In this document: positions 58,397-64,000 of the stretch, one piece after another
Layout of the letters: each line of letters begins with the position of its first letter
Position numbering within the stretch: the first letter of the stretch is position 1
Origin: Candidatus Oxydemutatoraceae bacterium
GTDB lineage: Bacteria; Pseudomonadota; Gammaproteobacteria; Poriferisulfidales; Oxydemutatoraceae
Reading direction: 5' to 3'
Length of the DNA stretch: 64,000 nt
NCBI GenBank assembly: GCA_965218975.1
Contig: OZ244717.1
Span: 608,001 to 672,000, forward strand
Translations under genes and position numbers: made by a program
Notes under the pieces: generated by a model
Database searches by the model: none
What the model was told of the DNA's origin: nothing
What the model saw: only the letters and a program-made list of their open reading frames with translations

Positions 58397-58499
58397 GAGG
58401 GGAACGACAGATGTATTCCTGCCGGCATATATGTCCGATCGCCGGTAATCAATGAATCTGCTTATCATCACCGATATATTCATTTTTGTATGGCAGTGA

Positions 58500-59921
58500 T
58501 CATAAGACGCCTGAGCAAGGGGCGGCAGGCAAATGCATATCACCGGCGGCGGAGTTTCCTTTTTCTTCGGGTGCAAGAGTTGAATTTATGCGCAGATGGA
58601 ATTTAATTGCCTGAAAAACCTCTTGCGTTAATCGGTCTTCGCTTGCAGGGAGCGCGATACTGCGTTTGGTGACGAAATTAAAAAGCAATGGGTTATATGA
58701 ATAGATCTCATCCAGCTGCTTCTTTTGCTCTTGCGAGATCAGCTTTTCCCGCACCAAGCTTGCGGTCGGATTCAACAGGGAGGTTGCCACCAGAGGGTAG
58801 TCGCTGCCGTTGCGGATTCGACCGCTGAGCATTCCGGCCGGTTGCACGTGTTCTATTATTTTGGAGATGACGTTTTGGGATTGATCGTGAAAATGCAGAG
58901 GGTGATTTATCATGGCTGCCGATATTTCTCCGAACAAACGCCCCTTGTGCCGCTGCTCTTGCATAATTTCCATGAAGCGGTCGAAATAAGAGTCGCCGTC
59001 TGTCGGGTGTTTCCCCTTTCTGCCGACGTGTAGCGCTACGACAGTGACTCCTCGATTAAGGGGATAGCGTAACATGGCGGGGTCTCCCAGTCGGTTGTTG
59101 TCATCGTACACACGAAAAGCGTGTTCGTCTCCTGTATGTATCAGTAACGTGATCCCCGCTTTTGCAAGCGCCTCGTAATGTATTTTTCTTACCAGTTTTA
59201 GGCCGATGTTCATTGAAGGCGGCAACCATTTCATGAATTTGACACCTCGTTTCGCAAGCTCGCGCACTTTTACTTCAAAGTCTTTCCGGTACGGGTGAAC
59301 CGAGGCGACCGGAATGACTTTCGTCATCGCCTTGTCCGAGTTTGCCTCAAGTACGCGATTGAATTTTTCGGCCAGGCGAATAACGCAATCGTCAGATACG
59401 TACATATCGGTCCGTTTCAGGTTGCGTTGCCTGTCTTCATCATAGTAATAATCAATCGCATAGATATAAAACTTACTTTGCACCGGTCGGGCAACATAAT
59501 CGAGGTTTGACTGAACACTTTGAAAATGCAGCAGCAAATCCAGCAGCCGGTCTGCGTACTGTTCGTCGAGTCTGGCATAATCGGTGACTCCGGACGCGCT
59601 CATCAGCACTCGTGTCTTGATCATCCGGTAGGGTTTCCACCAAGTATATAAGTCGGGAGAGATGTAGGCGTCACATCCGGTCATTGTGCCCCGGGCGACG
59701 ATATGAATATGGTGGTCAATGATCGCTGTGTCCATACCCGACAAGGCTTGTCTGATCATCTGTTTGGCTCCGGCGCTGATATTTGCATCCATTTCTTCCG
59801 GAGGACCTTTGAAGTTTCCGCCGTAGTAATCATACAGCGGTGCGCAACCGCATAAGACCGACATAACCGCGACCGCAACAAATAGCCCGGGCAGAATCTT
59901 CAATGGTTCAGGCGCAGGCAC
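58500..59921 (-). CDS. Amidohydrolase-family protein, possible lipoprotein
   Basis: IDHHIH, SVHPYR, KWLP, IHTG.E, NGSDYP; LCGC lipobox-like. Confidence 0.8.
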   Translation of the reverse strand: MPAPEPLKILPGLFVAVAVMSVLCGCAPLYDYYGGNFKGPPEEMDANISAGAKQMIRQALSGMDTAIIDHHIHIVARGTMTGCDAYISPDLYTWWKPYRMIKTRVLMSASGVTDYARLDEQYADRLLDLLLHFQSVQSNLDYVARPVQSKFYIYAIDYYYDEDRQRNLKRTDMYVSDDCVIRLAEKFNRVLEANSDKAMTKVIPVASVHPYRKDFEVKVRELAKRGVKFMKWLPPSMNIGLKLVRKIHYEALAKAGITLLIHTGDEHAFRVYDDNNRLGDPAMLRYPLNRGVTVVALHVGRKGKHPTDGDSYFDRFMEIMQEQRHKGRLFGEISAAMINHPLHFHDQSQNVISKIIEHVQPAGMLSGRIRNGSDYPLVATSLLNPTASLVREKLISQEQKKQLDEIYSYNPLLFNFVTKRSIALPASEDRLTQEVFQAIKFHLRINSTLAPEEKGNSAAGDMHLPAAPCSGVL

Positions 59922-60080
59922 TCAAGGGGTCGTGGTCGGTTTGCTTGATTGGCGGTCTGCAGCTTGTGACCGTTGACACGCATGTGTTGCATGCACCGTG
60001 ACTTTTCCGGCAGGCTCTTTGTCTGCAAAATACCGGTTATTTCGGACTATGGATATGGCCCCGCACGAATGCAACGTGTA

Positions 60081-61778
60081 TTACTCTTTGCTCATATGGT
60101 GGCGCGAATGCACCGGGCGCATCAAGGCATTGCTGACCAGGGCCACGGCCAACAACGCGGCCATCAGGTACATCGTGGTGTTGTAAACTCCGCTGCTGGG
60201 GTCTATCGTTCCTGTCGGCGCAATATCCATTAAACGTGCGATGGTGACGGTTTTCTGTTGAATGAGCAGGTCTAGTTGGTCCAACCCGGCGCCGAATTTT
60301 TCGCGGAAGTCTGCCGGATTAACCTTGCGCGCAAGGTCGTAAATAGCATCGGTCACTGAATTTTTGCGCAAGGCGGTGATTGCCTCCGGACCCAACACGC
60401 CCGCGACGCTCCATGCCGTGAGCAGGCGCCCGTGGATACCGCCGACGAACTTGGTCCCAAAGATGTCGGCCAGATAAGCAGGTATGGTGGCAAACCCGCC
60501 GCCGTACATTGTGAAAATAACCATCGTGGCGGCATAAAAAACAACTAACCAAATTACTGCGGGATGAGCGCTGACCTGTTGTGCCGCGATCGGAATCGAG
60601 CAGTACAGCAGAATCCCGACCGCAAAGAATATCCAATAAGTACGAATACGACCGATATAGTCGGAAAGACTAGCCCAGAAAAGACGCCCGACCATGTTAA
60701 ACGCGCTGATCATAATAACGTAGGTGGCGGCAAAGGCACCGTCTACGATATTCGGCAGGGTGGTTCCGAAGATTTCGGACATCATTGTTTTGGCAACGCC
60801 GAGTACGCCGATTCCCGCCGTCACGTTAAAGCACAATACGATCCAAAGCTGATAGAATTGCGGCGTTTTCAACGCCTGATCTATGTCAACGTCCCGGGTG
60901 GTGATCATTTTGCGTTGCGACTCTTCTTCGCGCGGCGGTTCCCATCCGCTCGGTCTCCAGCCGGGCGCGGGGAGGCGGTAAGAAAAAGCCGCGATCGTCA
61001 TTATCGTAAAATAAAGCAGCCCCAATATTGCGAAAGCGCCCATCGCGCCAACGTCTCCGCTGCCGACAACGTAAACGCCTTCCGGGCCGGGTACGATCAT
61101 TTGGGAAATCTCTTTCGCACCGACCACCACCACTTCAATCAATTCCTCGCCGCGCTCGACAAAACGCCTGCCTTCGCGTGTTATGACATTTAATGCCTGC
61201 GCCGGTCCAAGATATTCCGGCGCTTGATAAAAGTAACGGATCAGTGCCTCTTTAATCGGTGTGGCGATCATTGCGCCGCCGCCGAAACCCATGATGGCCA
61301 TGCCGGTGGCCATGCCGCGGCGGTCGGGGAACCAGCGGATCAAAGTACTGACCGGTGAAACATAACCGAGCCCCAGCCCACAACCACCGATGACTCCGTA
61401 GCCGAGATATAACAGCCATATCTGGTGCAAGTGAATACCCAGTGCGCCGACCAGATAGCCTCCGCCCCAACAGCAAGCGGCGACAAAACCGACGGTGCGC
61501 GGACCGACGCTTTCAAGCCAGCGACCGGCAAAAGCTGCGGCCAAGCCAAGAAATACGATAGATACGGTAAATATTCTTACCACTCCCGTGCCTTCCAATG
61601 ACCAGTCGTCGGCGGCGCTGGTCACCACGCCATATACTTTGATCAACGCGGGATTATAAATACTCCATGCATAAACAGAACCGATGCAAAGATGAATAGC
61701 AATAGATGCGGGTGGTACCCACCAGCGGTTGAAACCGGGCTTGGCGATGATGCGCTCCTTGGAAAAAAGACTGGTCAT
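60081..61778 (-). CDS. OFA-family MFS transporter (oxalate/formate antiporter-like)
   Basis: IHLCIGSVYAWS, WFPDRRGMATG, YGGGFATIPAY, IHGRLLTAWS. Confidence 0.92.
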   Translation of the reverse strand: MTSLFSKERIIAKPGFNRWWVPPASIAIHLCIGSVYAWSIYNPALIKVYGVVTSAADDWSLEGTGVVRIFTVSIVFLGLAAAFAGRWLESVGPRTVGFVAACCWGGGYLVGALGIHLHQIWLLYLGYGVIGGCGLGLGYVSPVSTLIRWFPDRRGMATGMAIMGFGGGAMIATPIKEALIRYFYQAPEYLGPAQALNVITREGRRFVERGEELIEVVVVGAKEISQMIVPGPEGVYVVGSGDVGAMGAFAILGLLYFTIMTIAAFSYRLPAPGWRPSGWEPPREEESQRKMITTRDVDIDQALKTPQFYQLWIVLCFNVTAGIGVLGVAKTMMSEIFGTTLPNIVDGAFAATYVIMISAFNMVGRLFWASLSDYIGRIRTYWIFFAVGILLYCSIPIAAQQVSAHPAVIWLVVFYAATMVIFTMYGGGFATIPAYLADIFGTKFVGGIHGRLLTAWSVAGVLGPEAITALRKNSVTDAIYDLARKVNPADFREKFGAGLDQLDLLIQQKTVTIARLMDIAPTGTIDPSSGVYNTTMYLMAALLAVALVSNALMRPVHSRHHMSKE

Positions 61779-61849
61779 TCTTTGTCCTCCTTTAGCAAAA
61801 ATAACAGTTGATTTACTCTGGTTATCCGAATGTGGGGCGGGTTAATAAT

Positions 61850-62584
61850 CTATTTTGTATGCTTGAGTTCTTTAAGTAATTCGTGCGGTTGCCGGTAGCC
61901 GTTAAGCAGATGGCCGTTTGGGAGCAGGAAGGCGGGAGTTCCTCTGACACCCGCTAATTCCGCCAATTGCAGGTTGTCTTCCAGCGGATGCTTGCATTCC
62001 TTCGCTGCGACAGCTAGTCCCTGTTTGGCGCGATCAAGTGCTGCACGGCGGTCTTTGGCGCACCATACGTTGACCGCATTGCGGTAAGCACGTTCTCCCC
62101 GGTACGGTGTGAGTATGTAATTAACGCGAATACCGAGCGCATTCACTTCACTCAACTGGCTGTGGAACTTTTGACAATAAGGGCAATCGACATCGGAAAA
62201 TACATTGACCGTATACTGATAACTGTTCGGTGCGTAGCTGATCGTATTCTCGGCATTGATCCGGTTGAGCAGATTCAGGCGCATTTCGCTGTAGGTCTGT
62301 TCGGTCAGGTTAGTTTGCGTGCGCAGGTTGTACACAGTGCCTGCGAACATAAATGTTCCGTTCTCGCTTAAATAGTAAACAGTCCCGTTGATCATAGCTT
62401 CGTAGAAGCCGGGCATAGGCGCCGGTTTAAATCTCTTAATCTCGGCATTCGGAAACGATTGCGACAGGTATTGTGTCGCCTGTTCTACGCTCATTGTTTC
62501 AGCAACGAGTTGCGGCGCTCCGATCATCGTGCAGACTGCGACCAAAACACCATAAAGTTTTACTGCTTTAATTTTTCCCATCAA
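61850..62584 (-). CDS. dsbC: DsbC-family disulfide isomerase
   Basis: Signal peptide, dimerisation domain, FSDVDCPYC, GVRGTP. Confidence 0.9.
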   Translation of the reverse strand: MMGKIKAVKLYGVLVAVCTMIGAPQLVAETMSVEQATQYLSQSFPNAEIKRFKPAPMPGFYEAMINGTVYYLSENGTFMFAGTVYNLRTQTNLTEQTYSEMRLNLLNRINAENTISYAPNSYQYTVNVFSDVDCPYCQKFHSQLSEVNALGIRVNYILTPYRGERAYRNAVNVWCAKDRRAALDRAKQGLAVAAKECKHPLEDNLQLAELAGVRGTPAFLLPNGHLLNGYRQPHELLKELKHTK

Positions 62585-63318
62585 AATTCAAATGCGATCA
62601 GTTCCATTATAATGAACCCACCGGTGGTTTGGTTGGAATTCACGTCCTCTCTGTATTCAAGGCGCACTAGACCGACATTGGGAGCATACCACTCGGAAGC
62701 CGTAAATGTAACCTCATCGCGCGCAATGGACAAGGGGCGCTGTAGGCTAACCGAGCCCGTGCCGCGCACATGCAGGCAATGTTCGAAATACCCGGCTTTC
62801 ACTTCCACAACCTCATCGTCGGCAACAATCTCCCAAGTCATATCATAGTCAACGGATCGTTTGAGCGATTCATTGTCATTTTGCTGCGGACGATTGAGTA
62901 GATAAGGTTTGGTTTTGTAGGTCCATGTTGCTCCGATCGCCGGAGGGTTTTTAATCACAAATCGCGGTATTTTGTCAAAACGCGGATGTCTCTCGACGAT
63001 CGTACGCTTTGCGAGGCGCACGATACCGTCGGTACGTTGCTGCAGATAATAGAAATTGCCCGTATTGGTTTTGCGCACCTGATAAATCGCTCCGTCGATT
63101 GTTTGCGTACCGGTGTCGGTGATAGAAAGTTTACTGCCGCTGCGTCCCGCAGGTGTGGCGCTGACTACTTTGTAATGCCAGCTTAATCCCTGCTGTAACG
63201 GGAAATAACCTTGCGGCGAGTTATTGTTGCCGCAGGCCGCAAGCGCAAGGCTTGCACTTAGCGCAAAACCGTAACGAATAGAACGGAGGTTGCAAATATC
63301 GGTTTGATGTTTGTGCAT
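62581..63318 (-). CDS. Putative lipoprotein
   Basis: LAAC lipobox, YFPL..G..W.Y, V.V.AG.F..C, WYAPNVGLV. Confidence 0.7.
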   Translation of the reverse strand: MHKHQTDICNLRSIRYGFALSASLALAACGNNNSPQGYFPLQQGLSWHYKVVSATPAGRSGSKLSITDTGTQTIDGAIYQVRKTNTGNFYYLQQRTDGIVRLAKRTIVERHPRFDKIPRFVIKNPPAIGATWTYKTKPYLLNRPQQNDNESLKRSVDYDMTWEIVADDEVVEVKAGYFEHCLHVRGTGSVSLQRPLSIARDEVTFTASEWYAPNVGLVRLEYREDVNSNQTTGGFIIMELIAFEF

Positions 63319-63340
63319 GTCAGTAAGCTGTTTGGATTTT

Positions 63341-63856
63341 TTACTTGTCGGGTAATTCGGGTGAAGGCAGATCACGGATAATGATTCGCTGCACACGTTC
63401 CTCTATCAACGCTGCCTGTGCAGCGGCGCCCGAACGCACCGGAACCGTTTCAATTTTTCCCATCTGCACGACGTCGCGGCTGATCTGTTTTGCCGCCCTG
63501 CTTGCTTGCTCGTGTAACTCTCGTGAGTACGGCAGGCGGTAAGCACGCGGAATGGTATCCACCTGCTCTTCTCCGCGTGCAAGCACCCATAGATATATGC
63601 CTCCTTCGGTATTAAGCGCTTCGTCGGGCTCTTCGACATAGGTTGACAGCACGACAAACTCTCGCGGCATATCAGAGCCGGTCGGCCATCCGCCAAAACG
63701 CTGCAAAGACGAAAAAGTAACAAAGTATAAAATCGTGGTGATCAGGATTGCACCGCCCTTAACCCACACCGGCCAACGCGAATAAAAACCGAGGTTTAAC
63801 AACAAAACGGCAAGCGCTATGTAAGCAACCGTAATACCGACAATCGCCCCGGTCAT
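63341..63856 (-). CDS. Hypothetical membrane protein
   Basis: Two TMs, GWP, GGIYLW, PRAYRLPY. Confidence 0.7.
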   Translation of the reverse strand: MTGAIVGITVAYIALAVLLLNLGFYSRWPVWVKGGAILITTILYFVTFSSLQRFGGWPTGSDMPREFVVLSTYVEEPDEALNTEGGIYLWVLARGEEQVDTIPRAYRLPYSRELHEQASRAAKQISRDVVQMGKIETVPVRSGAAAQAALIEERVQRIIIRDLPSPELPDK

Positions 63857-64000
63857 CCCGACTCCACACTGACCAAAGACTTATATAAGGTGTTCATTTC
63901 ACTGATGGTATGATTGCTGCTCAGATGAAAGCGCACAACGGTCTTTTCGTCGCCCGCTTTTTCAAGCAGCGTTTTTCCATAAAATAAAATCTTAAACTTC
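63853..64000 (-). CDS. C-terminal part of a gene entering from beyond the window
   Basis: Open frame ...GDEKTVVRFHL...SVESG-stop; stop overlaps the next ATG. Confidence 0.6.
   Translation of the reverse strand, partial: KFKILFYGKTLLEKAGDEKTVVRFHLSSNHTISEMNTLYKSLVSVESG

Overview
Gammaproteobacterial chromosome segment. Core genes: an esterase, argH, algZ/fimS-algR-hemC-hemD-hemY-like, a 10-gene Mrp/Mnh cation:proton antiporter cluster, a CPBP protease, a locus resembling those found near PQQ dehydrogenases (ABC transporter, SoxYZ-like carrier), an amidohydrolase, an OFA-family MFS transporter and dsbC. Accessory DNA falls in three places: (1) a putative type II R-M pair between argH and algZ; (2) a decay hotspot at 17.2-21.3 kb with a 1.46-kb REP/BIME-like mosaic array, an IS481 remnant and an IS1595 element carrying a compact MTase plus nuclease; (3) an apparently complete 31.6-kb Mu-like transposable prophage with a lambda-like tail (26795-58396, TG...CA ends, 5-bp target duplication GAGGG). 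Best leads: a MuF head protein ending in a PBECR-like nuclease domain with no protein immunity gene, abutted by a convergent, promoter-led, highly structured ~100-nt non-coding segment (candidate RNA antitoxin); and a truncated TcmP-like / DUF5131 / UDG-like cargo bracketed by duplicated transposase-binding sites where Mu carries mom. All family assignments come from motif recognition by eye; no searches were run.
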